Source of the DNA: a virus
Taxonomy: Duplodnaviria; Caudoviricetes
Length of the DNA stretch: 64,000 nucleotides
Virus record (IMG/VR): IMGVR_UViG_3300044641_006190
Location: 1,465-65,464 of that record
Direction: 5' to 3' (one strand)
Shown piece by piece: positions 25,723-34,141 of the stretch. The notes below the pieces were generated by a model that was not told the DNA's origin, ran no database searches, and saw nothing but the letters and a program-made list of their open reading frames with translations. The stretch's first letter is position 1. Every line of letters starts with the position of its first letter. The position numbers and the translations under genes are program-made.

Positions 25723-27419
25723 TCGCCGTTGACACAGAAGCCACCTATTCCAAAGACCGCTCCATCGGTCCTTTGGGTGTTCACGGCTACGTCTCCCACC
25801 CGGAGACGGACCACTTCATGTGCTCCATCTATGACGGAGACACAGGACTTGCGTTTGTCGGACACCCCAAGGACGCCCCCTGGGAGGCCATTCGCGGGCA
25901 GGATGTCTGCGCCCACAACTACTCCTACGACCGCGCCGTTTTGCGCGAGTACGAGCGTCGTGGCTACATCCCGTTTGCGTTGGAGGAGCGGGGCTTCTGC
26001 ACGTCGAACCTTGTGGCCTACCTGCAATCTCCGAGATCGCTGCTGGACTCCAGCCGCGAGCTGCTGGGCATCGGCCTCGACAAGACCACCCGCGACAAAT
26101 TCAAGAACAAGGACTATTACTCTCTTCCCGACGAGGTGAAGGAGGAGATTGCCCGCTATGCTCTTGGGGACGCCAAGGCATGCTGGCTTCTGTGGAAGCA
26201 GTTCGCCCACTTGATGCCCGACCATGAGAAATGGCTGTCCATGCACACGACCCTCATGGGAGACCGTGGCGTGGCTGTGAACACTGCCGCCGTCGAGAGC
26301 GGCATTGACCGCTATAAGACGCGGTTGTGGGAGATCGAGCAGGAAATCCCCTGGGCAAAGGAGCACCCGGTCACCTCGCCCATCCAGTTGAAGAATGCCT
26401 GCCGTGCCGCCGGAATCCCGGTGCCGGACTCCACCGCCATGAAGGACGAGCTGTTCCAGGCGTGGAGCAAGAAGTATGCGGAGGCGGTGCCTTTCGTGGC
26501 AGCGGTTCAGAAATACCGCTCGGTCAACCGCTCGCTCAAGGTTTTGGAATCCATCCAGACACGCACCCATGGCGGGCGTGTCCGCTACGGGCTGAAATAC
26601 TTTGGAGCCAATCACACGGGCCGCTGGTCCGGCGATTCCGGGCTCAACATGCAGAACCTTCCCCGCGACGAGGTGGATGGCGTGAACATCCGCAACTGCT
26701 TTGTGGCAGGGCCGGGTCGCAAGCTGTTCATCGCGGACTACTCGCAGATCGAGGCCCGCGTGTCCTTGTGGCTGTGCGGCGACCACGAGCAGTTGGAACT
26801 CGTCCGCAACGGCATGTGCGTCTATGAGGCCCACGCCCGCAAGACGATGGGGTATGATTTGGGCATGCCGCTCAAGCAGGCAGCCAAAGAGGACCCAAAG
26901 TTCTTCGATCTGCGTCAATATGCCAAAGCCCGGTGCCTATCCGGCGACACACTGGTACTTACCCATCGAGGGTATGTTCCCATATCGAAGGTAAAACTTG
27001 ACGACCGCCTTTGGGATGGGGTAGAGTGGGTCAATCATGGAGGAGTCATTCAATCAGGGCACAAGCAAACTGTCGCTTTCCACGGAGATCGGTTTACGCC
27101 GGAACACCAGTTGTTTACCGACGACTCCCAAACAGAAGCTACCTCCGACGTTTTACGGAGCGGATCACCCGCAGTGGACCGGTTCCGTGAGCGAGTATCC
27201 AGTTGGTCAGATGTTTGGGCATTGGCGATTGCTATCCAACGAGTTTATTCGCGTACGTGGATACAAGCGGCTTCGCTGTCTTTGCACTTCTTGCGGGACC
27301 GAGCACGACGTGTCTTTCGATACGCTCAGAAACGGTATATCAACTCGGTGCGGACCGTGCGGTATTCGCAAGTCACGTCAGACACGGGACTTACAAAAGT
27401 GGGGGAGAGTTCTGGATGA
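25719..27419 (+). CDS. polA: DNA polymerase family A, N-terminal part fused to an N-intein
   Basis: Exonuclease motifs VDTE, AHNYSYD, YALGD; HTGRWSG, NMQNLP, motif A DYSQIEAR; RQYAKAR|CLSGDT (intein from 26934); block B FTPEHQLF; stop at 27419. Confidence 0.9.
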   Translation: MIAVDTEATYSKDRSIGPLGVHGYVSHPETDHFMCSIYDGDTGLAFVGHPKDAPWEAIRGQDVCAHNYSYDRAVLREYERRGYIPFALEERGFCTSNLVAYLQSPRSLLDSSRELLGIGLDKTTRDKFKNKDYYSLPDEVKEEIARYALGDAKACWLLWKQFAHLMPDHEKWLSMHTTLMGDRGVAVNTAAVESGIDRYKTRLWEIEQEIPWAKEHPVTSPIQLKNACRAAGIPVPDSTAMKDELFQAWSKKYAEAVPFVAAVQKYRSVNRSLKVLESIQTRTHGGRVRYGLKYFGANHTGRWSGDSGLNMQNLPRDEVDGVNIRNCFVAGPGRKLFIADYSQIEARVSLWLCGDHEQLELVRNGMCVYEAHARKTMGYDLGMPLKQAAKEDPKFFDLRQYAKARCLSGDTLVLTHRGYVPISKVKLDDRLWDGVEWVNHGGVIQSGHKQTVAFHGDRFTPEHQLFTDDSQTEATSDVLRSGSPAVDRFRERVSSWSDVWALAIAIQRVYSRTWIQAASLSLHFLRDRARRVFRYAQKRYINSVRTVRYSQVTSDTGLTKVGESSG

Positions 27420-27882
27420 TAAGGATCGAGTTTTGCAACAGCGGTGGAACGCCATAGTCCATAGATGTTGCAACCCTTCCAGTAAGCATTACCCCAATTA
27501 CGGGGGGCGCGGAATACGAATTTCCGAGGAGTTTTTGTGTGACGTTACTTTTGTCAACTACGTCAAAGAACTGCCCGACTGCCCCCAGATAATAACCCAA
27601 ACTCACACCATAGATAGGATTGACGTAAATAAGCACTATGAAAGAGGAAACCTCCGCTTCGCAACGCATCAGGAACAGATGCGGAATTTACAGTCCACGG
27701 CGCACGTCGAATTTAAGGGCACGATTTGGGATGCTCGTTCGTTCTGCGAACAATTTTGCAAAAACTACCGCCCGCATGTGGTTGCTCGCCTCATTAAAAA
27801 GGGCGTGTCGGCTGAGCAGATACTTTTCAAGGACCGGAACGACCGCCATGTCGGGCGTCGATGGATGCGAACCCGTCTATGA
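27037..27882 (+). CDS. HNH-type endonuclease between the split intein halves (start uncertain)
   Basis: GQMFGHW, CLCTSCG, RWNAIVHRC.NP...YPNYGGRGI, TIDRIDVNKHYERGNLRFATHQEQMRN. Confidence 0.85.
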   Translation: MEESFNQGTSKLSLSTEIGLRRNTSCLPTTPKQKLPPTFYGADHPQWTGSVSEYPVGQMFGHWRLLSNEFIRVRGYKRLRCLCTSCGTEHDVSFDTLRNGISTRCGPCGIRKSRQTRDLQKWGRVLDDKDRVLQQRWNAIVHRCCNPSSKHYPNYGGRGIRISEEFLCDVTFVNYVKELPDCPQIITQTHTIDRIDVNKHYERGNLRFATHQEQMRNLQSTAHVEFKGTIWDARSFCEQFCKNYRPHVVARLIKKGVSAEQILFKDRNDRHVGRRWMRTRL

Positions 27883-28492
27883 TATCCTAGACTGCGGGCC
27901 TCGGCACCGTTTCTGCACGCCTTGGGCGGTGGCCCACAACTGTTTGGGCCTTGGCTTCGGTCTTGGCGCGGCACGTTTCCAATCCTACGCCAAAACCATC
28001 GCAGGTCTCGATCTCACCGCCGAGGAGTCCGAGCGCACCGTCAACCAGTTCCGGGCGTCGAACCCAAAGATCGTCGCCGTGTGGAACAACCTCGGCCGCG
28101 CCCTTGCGGTTGCCAGCCGCGAGAAGGACCGGACTTTCGAGATGGAACTGCCCTCCGGCAGAACCATCCGGTATTGGGACGTGGTCCAGACCCGTGACGG
28201 CATGTTTGTTCGCCGTGAGCGCGGCGGCGAACGCGTGAAGATGTTCCCTGGCAAGCTGTTCGAGAATCTCGTTCAGGCCACCGCCCGTGAAGTCTTCGCC
28301 CTCGCCATCCAGCGCATCGAGCAGGCCGGGGTCGCGGTTGTCATGCACACCCACGATGAAATCATCTGCGAGATTCCCGATGACATGGACGGAGCGGCGG
28401 TGATCCCGCCGTTGATGACGGAAATCCCGCCGTGGGCCGCAGGTCTGCCCGTGGGTGTCGAGTTCACCACCAGCCAGTATTATGAAAAGTAG
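27848..28492 (+). CDS. polA: C-intein (31 aa) fused to the C-terminal part of DNA polymerase A
   Basis: MSGVDGCEPVYDILDCGPRHRFCTPWAVAHN|CLGLGFG, LPSGR, ENLVQATAR, motif C HTHDE. Confidence 0.88.
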   Translation: MSGVDGCEPVYDILDCGPRHRFCTPWAVAHNCLGLGFGLGAARFQSYAKTIAGLDLTAEESERTVNQFRASNPKIVAVWNNLGRALAVASREKDRTFEMELPSGRTIRYWDVVQTRDGMFVRRERGGERVKMFPGKLFENLVQATAREVFALAIQRIEQAGVAVVMHTHDEIICEIPDDMDGAAVIPPLMTEIPPWAAGLPVGVEFTTSQYYEK

Positions 28493-28655
28493 TGTAGAAA
28501 CTATCGCCACAGCACAATCCGTGCTTGACACGTTTGACTTGCTTGTTCCTTTGCTGGAGAAGGCCGCCGACAAATGCGAGGACTTGTCCGATGAAGTGGA
28601 CGAGGCTCTCGATTCGATCGGCGATTGCCGGACTCTCCTGAAAAAGATCAAGTAG
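28482..28655 (+). CDS. Small coiled-coil hypothetical protein
   Basis: 57 aa. Confidence 0.5.
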   Translation: MKSSVETIATAQSVLDTFDLLVPLLEKAADKCEDLSDEVDEALDSIGDCRTLLKKIK

Positions 28656-28684
28656 CTCCACCATCTCCTCATAGCCATCTAACC

Positions 28685-30859
28685 ATGTTCAAATTTTTAA
28701 GAAATCTTTCCGCAGCTTCCGTTGAGGATTTCCCGCTTCCTCCGAACTCCCCCATCACACGTCCATCTTTCGACTCGAAGGACGCTTTCCGTCGCTGGTG
28801 CCTCCAGCCTGACACCGACCACTTCTTCGTTTCCGCCATGTCCGGACTGGCCGAAGTCCAGCGGGTTTCCCAAACCAACCAGCCGTTGAAGATGTTTGGC
28901 TACGTCGCCGACTTCGACACGCGTTATGCGGGCGACCCGGTTGCGCAGGTGGTGGCCAACACCGACCCTGAGTTCCGGCCGCGCTGGCTTTCCCGGACGT
29001 TCTCCGGCGGCATCCGTGCATGGTATGTCTTTGAGGCACCCATGCTGTTCCACGATGACAAGGTGGGGGTAAAGTTCATTGAGCGTGTGATCCGGGGCCT
29101 TGGAGTCCGGGCGCTGTTCCCCGGTTTCGACACCCAGGCCACGAAGCAGTATTGGCAGTACTTTGAGGCGGGCACCGACTGGGTGGAAGTCCCCGATTCC
29201 GGCACCATTCCGCTTGTCCATCTGGAAGGATGGATGTCGGACTCCATCCTCCTCTCCGCCCGCAACGCGAAACGTGGCCGCATCGCCGTGCCGTTCGACA
29301 AGGTGAAGGAGGCGCTCATCGCCCGCTATCCTGGAGTCTGGCCGGGCGGGTGGGACAACTTCGTTGTCGGGGCTCGCGGCACTCGTTTCTGGGACAATGG
29401 AAACGCGCAATCCTGCCTTGTGCGAGAGGATGGGATCACCTGCTTCACGGGCGACCGTGGCTTTGTCTCGTGGGCCGACCTGCTTGGCCGCGAGTGGGAG
29501 CAGCGCAACACTGACGAGGTTGTCGGAGCCGCCATCGAAGGCATCTACTTTGAGTGCGCCGCCAACAAGTACTGGCGCAAGGTCGCGGGCATCGGCTGGC
29601 AGCCTTTGCAGAAGGAGGACCTCAAGCTGCACTTTCGCATCTCCGGCATCTCTGACGAACGTGCGCGGGGCGAGACGCTCTCCCCCGTTGACCGCCTCAT
29701 TCACCAAGTCCAGATCACGCATCCAGTGGCCGGGACGTTCCCCTTCCACTACAAGCAGGCGGACGTGGTTTATGTGAACAACCAGCCGTTCCTCAACACC
29801 TCCCGCGCCGTGCTTGCCCAGCCGGACGGCTCCGCCAGCGGACGTTGGGGAGACGGATTCCCGAAGCTGGCCGCCTACTTCGAGGGGCTCTACGACCGGG
29901 CCGACAACGAGGAGCAGTTTGCGCATGCCATGGGGGCGCTCATGCACTTCTACCAGACCGCCTACGCCGGAGATGTCCAGCGCGGACGTGTCCAGATGCA
30001 CGCCGGACCTCCGGGAGCGGGCAAGACCTACCTCTTGATGGTCAAAGGGAACATCTTTGGCGCGGTGGAGGATGCCGCCCGGTATCTCTTCGGGCAGGAC
30101 AGCTTCAACGGCACCCTCTGCCACGCGCCTCTTTGGGGTGTGGACGATCCGGTGTCCGCCGCCAACACCAAACTTGGCATGGTCTTCTCGCAGATGCTCA
30201 AAGCCGTCGCGGCGTGCGACAACATCCCGGTGCGCGGCATGTATCGAGAAGTCCAGCGCCTCCCCTGGCTCGGGCGCGTGATCGTCAACATGAACGACGA
30301 TCCCGAGTCCATCCGCATGCTGCCTTCCACGGAGATCAACTTGATGGACAAGGTTGACCTCTATGCCATCCAGCGTCCGTTCACCGGCAAGTTCCCAAGC
30401 AACGCGGAGATTCAGGCGGAGATACCTGCGTTCTGCACCTTCCTGCTTGAAGGCCGGGCATGGCTGGAAAGTCTGGTTCCCGACCTGTTCAGCGATCCTC
30501 GTTGGGGCACCAAAAAATACCACCACCCACGGCTCGTGGCCATCGCACAGGGAGCACAAACCTCCACGGCGGTTGAGGAGCTGCTGCGCCTGTGGCGCAA
30601 GATGTGGTTCGCGGTCGCCCAGGACGATGTGTGGACGGGAAACCCCACCGAGCTTCTGGATGCGATCAGCCAGATGGAGTCTCTGCGGGACATCTACCGC
30701 ACCGTCGTCAACAGCCCGCAGGCTCTCGGACGTTCACTGGCACAGCTCTGCAACCGCGAGGCTCCTCCTTCGTGGCTGCGGTCGCTCAACAACTCACAGC
30801 GCGAGTATTCCATCTACCGGAACGAGATGGGCGCGGTTATCAACGCAGACCCCTACTGA
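28685..30859 (+). CDS. Primase-helicase (AEP-like primase plus SF3-like ATPase)
   Basis: ADFD, TFSGG.R; Walker A GPPGAGKT, Walker B WGVDD, NMN. Confidence 0.75.
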   Translation: MFKFLRNLSAASVEDFPLPPNSPITRPSFDSKDAFRRWCLQPDTDHFFVSAMSGLAEVQRVSQTNQPLKMFGYVADFDTRYAGDPVAQVVANTDPEFRPRWLSRTFSGGIRAWYVFEAPMLFHDDKVGVKFIERVIRGLGVRALFPGFDTQATKQYWQYFEAGTDWVEVPDSGTIPLVHLEGWMSDSILLSARNAKRGRIAVPFDKVKEALIARYPGVWPGGWDNFVVGARGTRFWDNGNAQSCLVREDGITCFTGDRGFVSWADLLGREWEQRNTDEVVGAAIEGIYFECAANKYWRKVAGIGWQPLQKEDLKLHFRISGISDERARGETLSPVDRLIHQVQITHPVAGTFPFHYKQADVVYVNNQPFLNTSRAVLAQPDGSASGRWGDGFPKLAAYFEGLYDRADNEEQFAHAMGALMHFYQTAYAGDVQRGRVQMHAGPPGAGKTYLLMVKGNIFGAVEDAARYLFGQDSFNGTLCHAPLWGVDDPVSAANTKLGMVFSQMLKAVAACDNIPVRGMYREVQRLPWLGRVIVNMNDDPESIRMLPSTEINLMDKVDLYAIQRPFTGKFPSNAEIQAEIPAFCTFLLEGRAWLESLVPDLFSDPRWGTKKYHHPRLVAIAQGAQTSTAVEELLRLWRKMWFAVAQDDVWTGNPTELLDAISQMESLRDIYRTVVNSPQALGRSLAQLCNREAPPSWLRSLNNSQREYSIYRNEMGAVINADPY

Positions 30860-30864
30860 CGACC

Positions 30865-31104
30865 ATGCCGCGTATCTCCTCAGTCCTGCCCACCACCCCC
30901 GAGGGTCTTGTCTCCCGCAGGGGGCCGAAGCCCAAGTACCCGATTCTCGAACTGGAGGTCGGGCAGTCCTTCCTCGCCTCCACAGACCTGCGCAATTCTT
31001 TGGCCGCGCTGGCCAGCTACCATGGACGCCGCACCGGGCGGGTGTTCCGTGTGGTAACCATGACCTCGGTGGCAAATACCATCGTATTCTACCGTGAACG
31101 CTAA
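30865..31104 (+). CDS. Small putative DNA-binding protein
   Basis: KYPILELEVGQSF...GRVFRV...FYR. Confidence 0.65.
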   Translation: MPRISSVLPTTPEGLVSRRGPKPKYPILELEVGQSFLASTDLRNSLAALASYHGRRTGRVFRVVTMTSVANTIVFYRER

Positions 31105-31108
31105 TCCT

Positions 31109-31315
31109 ATGACCTATACCCTTCTCACTATTAGTGCTGCTCTGGCTTTGCTGGCTTTTGTCGATCTCATCATCTCTTTTTTCGCCATGAAAAAGGCACA
31201 GCGAACTTTGCGAAACAGGGACTTTGACCGGGCGGAACTGTGTGCCACTTTCTCCTTCGTCTGCTCGGCGCTGGCTTTGAGCTGTCTCATAGCCTGGTTC
31301 ATTTTCCAGCCGTGA
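31109..31315 (+). CDS. Two-TM membrane protein
   Basis: Two hydrophobic stretches. Confidence 0.55.
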   Translation: MTYTLLTISAALALLAFVDLIISFFAMKKAQRTLRNRDFDRAELCATFSFVCSALALSCLIAWFIFQP

Positions 31316-31336
31316 TAACAAAGTATCATTTCGGTA

Positions 31337-31364
31337 TTGACTTAACTCTTATCTGCTTTATCTC
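31337..31364 (+). promoter_or_regulatory. Promoter, likely leaderless
   Basis: TTGACT-N16-TATCTC, 6 nt before the ATG at 31371. Confidence 0.5.
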
Positions 31365-31370
31365 CACGAC

Positions 31371-31658
31371 ATGACTTCAAAAATCAAATCCCAGCTCAGC
31401 CGTCTCGGCCTTGAGGCCGTCAACAGGCCCAAGCGCACCCCAAGCCATCCGACCAAATCTCATGTCGTCCTGGCCAAGGAAGGCGACAAGGTGAAGACCA
31501 TCCGTTTTGGCCAGCAGGGCGTTTCGGGCTCGCCCAGGAAAGAGGGAGAGTCCAAGGCATACCGGGAGCGGCGGGAGTCCTTCAAAGCCCGCCACGCCGC
31601 CAACATCAAAAAAGGCAAAATGTCGGCCGCCTATTGGGCTGATAAAACCAAGTGGTGA
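31371..31658 (+). CDS. Conserved basic phage protein (FGQQG...RRESFKARH...AYWA type)
   Basis: Motif pattern recognised from small viral proteins; function unknown. Confidence 0.75.
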   Translation: MTSKIKSQLSRLGLEAVNRPKRTPSHPTKSHVVLAKEGDKVKTIRFGQQGVSGSPRKEGESKAYRERRESFKARHAANIKKGKMSAAYWADKTKW

Positions 31659-31663
31659 CCCCT

Positions 31664-31780
31664 ATGAGCAGCGAAGAAAAAACAGAAGTCTTCTGGCTTA
31701 GCTTCATCATTATCGCAATTTTTGTGGTCAAGATTTTAACTGACCTCGGAAAATACAACCTCAACCTGCCAAACCCATGA
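31664..31780 (+). CDS. Small membrane protein (38 aa)
   Basis: MSSEEKTEVFWLSFIIIAIFVVKIL...; ATGA-coupled to the next gene. Confidence 0.45.
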   Translation: MSSEEKTEVFWLSFIIIAIFVVKILTDLGKYNLNLPNP

Positions 31781-32034
31781 AATCCTACTCCACCGCCCCG
31801 CTCAACACCCGCCAGCATCCGCTCGACCTCCTGAACGACATCCGCGCAGCCCTCGACGAGACGGCCCGCATCAACAGCCTCGGCATCAGTTTCGACCTCT
31901 CGGTTGAACCGGCTTCCGGCCTCCCGTTGGATGTTGATCCTCCGACCTATCTTACGATCTATGACGAACGCAGCAACGATCTCCTCGGGGAGCCTGCTTG
32001 CGATGTCGGCGGCCCCTGCGAGAGCTGCCAGTAA
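31777..32034 (+). CDS. Hypothetical protein ending ACDVGGPCESCQ
   Basis: 85 aa with a Cys-rich tail. Confidence 0.6.
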   Translation: MKSYSTAPLNTRQHPLDLLNDIRAALDETARINSLGISFDLSVEPASGLPLDVDPPTYLTIYDERSNDLLGEPACDVGGPCESCQ

Positions 32035-32128
32035 AATCATGCCGGAGTCGGGTGTTCGAGCCACCCCAAGTTAGCCTTCTTGTAGTGTAGCGGAAACATA
32101 GCCGGGGCGGAAGATAAAAAGGCACCTT

Positions 32129-32140
32129 GATCTTTGACAA
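32129..32140 (+). promoter_or_regulatory. boxA-like antitermination element
   Basis: GATCTTTGACAA directly before the RNA cluster. Confidence 0.45.
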
Positions 32141-32143
32141 CTT

Positions 32144-32313
32144 GAAAACAGAATCCAGCGGTAGCTAAATCTGGTCTAAGCCCTTCCGAGCTTAGCGGCT
32201 CAATGGAAGATGGTGTAAAGTAGCTCTGAGTAACGTTCCAGAGTGAAATACAACATAAGCCTCGCAGAGGTGATGCAGGGTTCAAATCCCCGCCCGCTGG
32301 ATTCTGTTTTCCA
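32144..32313 (+). ncRNA. Oversized tRNA-like RNA 1
   Basis: 18-bp closing stem GAAAACAGAATCCAGCGG/CCGCTGGATTCTGTTTTC, D-arm-like TAGCTAAATCTGGTCTAAGC, T-loop GGTTCAAATCC, ends CCA. Confidence 0.75.
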
Positions 32314-32318
32314 TCAAT

Positions 32319-32467
32319 TTGCCTGCCGTGCCTGTGCTGGCGGAAGTATGTCGCCAAAGTAGATTGGAAATATCCAACGAACGAGTAGGGGCAGAAAAGC
32401 GTGAGAGAGCACAAAACCGAAGACAGGGAGCAATCCCAAGTAGGACTCTCGCGGCGGCAGGCAACCA
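32319..32467 (+). ncRNA. Structured RNA 2 with acceptor-like stem and CCA
   Basis: TTGCCTGCCG/CGGCAGGCAA followed by CCA; internal hairpins; no clear T-arm. Confidence 0.55.
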
Positions 32468-32471
32468 ATTT

Positions 32472-32614
32472 GAGCGCGTGGCGGAATGTAAAGACGCCGA
32501 CACAAGGCAAATGTTGACCCGAGTTTGCGGAAGAACGGACCATCGGGTCCACCAACGAAAGTGGACAATTCAAAAATCCACAGGTTGCAGGTTCAAATCC
32601 TGCCGCGCTCGCCA
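32472..32614 (+). ncRNA. Oversized tRNA-like RNA 3 (143 nt)
   Basis: GAGCGCG/CGCGCTC-G-CCA, Leu-like D-arm TGGCGGAA...AGACGC, perfect T-arm GCAGG-TTCAAAT-CCTGC. Confidence 0.8.
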
Positions 32615-32619
32615 AATTT

Positions 32620-32790
32620 CTCCCATACTAGGCGCACCCGAGGCGAAAGCCACGAGAGGGCGTGAGGGATGGCCGCAACACCTAGTAGAAGGCACGGCCC
32701 CTAACCCCGTTCAGGTAAATGCGGAGGCGAACGTCGCCTATCCAATAGCGGGTATCAACGAATGACGTGACAGCCGGAGAGACGGCCTTT
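32620..32790 (+). ncRNA. Structured RNA 4
   Basis: TACTAGG/CCTAGTA stem, GGC-GAAA-GCC and GCCG-GAGAGA-CGGC hairpins; no credible ORF. Confidence 0.45.
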
Positions 32791-32890
32791 GTTTGTTATG
32801 ATGACCCCGACTGGAGAGTGGGGGCTGCGAGATGCTCGCGGCGCTATTGACGACTTGACCGGGCAGGCGCAACTTTCCAGCCCCGGAAAC

Positions 32891-32931
32891 AGCCTCCTCC
32901 GTTTCAGCGATGAAGCGGGGGAGGTTTTTTT
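32891..32931 (+). terminator. Intrinsic terminator closing the RNA cluster
   Basis: gcctcctccgtttca-gcga-tgaagcgggggaggt followed by a T-tract. Confidence 0.75.
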
Positions 32932-32986
32932 GTCTTATAGAGCGAAAACACTTGCTAACAAAAGTCTAATAGATAAATACTCCGGC

Positions 32987-34141
32987 ATGACCCACGACAC
33001 CATCACAGTCAAAGGGCGGGAATTTCCGCTCTACAAAGAACCTTCCACCGGATACTGGCGCGTGCGCAAACGGACACGCGATGTGTCCATCAACAAATCC
33101 ACCCGCATCTCCGATCTCGCCGAGGCCCGTAAATGGGCGCGTGTGTTCATCGAGCGGGAGCTGAACAACAGCTATCGTCTGGCCACCGGAGGACACACGC
33201 TTGAGGAGGTTGCCGCCGCGTATCTATCTTTCCCAAAGGCCGCCCGCGAATACGTCGCCGAGGCCAACGTGGCCCGCCTGCGCACCGTGGTCAGGGAAGC
33301 CCTTGGCAAGGAGCTGTGTGAAGTCCGCGTCAAGGACATCGGCCCGCGTCTGTGGGAGCAATACGCCGCCTCCAGACACGGCGGCAGGCTCGATCTGTCC
33401 ACCCCGCGCCGGGAGAACATTGGCATCATGTCGGCCCTGCGCAGCGCGGCCAGCGTCTTCGCCCGCAAGCTCGACCGCCGCTACAAGGACGCGGGCATCT
33501 TCCTTGACTTCGCCAACATGCGCGAGCTTCCATTCCTGCCGGTTCTACACGTTCACCGCCAGCCGGTTTCCGCTGACGCCATCCAGTCGCTCACAATGGC
33601 CTGGAAGTCGCTCCGGCAGGACAATCCGCTGCTCTACACCACCATCGGGCTGGCCCTCCATGCGGGGCTCCGCGCCTCGGAGATCGCCGCCGCCCGCCGC
33701 AACTGGATCGAGACTGACGGCAGCGCCGTCCGTGTGATCCTGCGTGACCGGCCGGAGGAAGGTTTCCGCACCAAAGGCAAGGTGGACAGCTCGGCATGGG
33801 TGAGCGGCTTGGTGCTCGACATCGAGTTCGCCGCGCACCTGCTTTCACTGCCGGACGGCCTCCTGGTTCCGGTTGAAGGAAGCAAGGCATGGTTCTTCAA
33901 GACCATCGTCAATCAATGGGTGCGCCAGTTCATCCCACGAGAACTCGACGGTAAAGGATTGCACCGCCTGCGCGGACTCTACGGTGACGCCGTGAAGTCC
34001 CGTTTCGAGGCCCAGATTCTTGCCCGCACTGCGTCGATCGACGCCGCACGCCTGGCTCTTGGCCACACCTCTGCCGCGATCACTTTGCGGAACTATCTGA
34101 CGCCGGACGCTGCCAGCACCACTCCGGGTAATCTAGGCTAG
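32987..34141 (+). CDS. int: Tyrosine recombinase/integrase
   Basis: GLRASEI, TKGK, LHRLR, LGHTS...ITLRNY; arm-binding-like N-terminus. Confidence 0.88.
   Translation: MTHDTITVKGREFPLYKEPSTGYWRVRKRTRDVSINKSTRISDLAEARKWARVFIERELNNSYRLATGGHTLEEVAAAYLSFPKAAREYVAEANVARLRTVVREALGKELCEVRVKDIGPRLWEQYAASRHGGRLDLSTPRRENIGIMSALRSAASVFARKLDRRYKDAGIFLDFANMRELPFLPVLHVHRQPVSADAIQSLTMAWKSLRQDNPLLYTTIGLALHAGLRASEIAAARRNWIETDGSAVRVILRDRPEEGFRTKGKVDSSAWVSGLVLDIEFAAHLLSLPDGLLVPVEGSKAWFFKTIVNQWVRQFIPRELDGKGLHRLRGLYGDAVKSRFEAQILARTASIDAARLALGHTSAAITLRNYLTPDAASTTPGNLG

Noticed and set aside
27638-27847. Upstream extension of the PolA C-terminal ORF
   Set aside because: Shadow of the HNH frame; the ATG at 27848 gives a normal-sized C-intein.
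28697-30559. 620-aa minus-strand ORF
   Set aside because: Antisense shadow of the primase-helicase.
32224-32250. Possible hammerhead ribozyme (CTGAG...GAAA)
   Set aside because: The CUGANGA core is absent and the bases are tied up in a simple hairpin.
32037-32765. ORFs across the RNA cluster, or canonical tRNA calls
   Set aside because: The translations are typical of read-through structured RNA, and no valid anticodon loop allows an isotype call.
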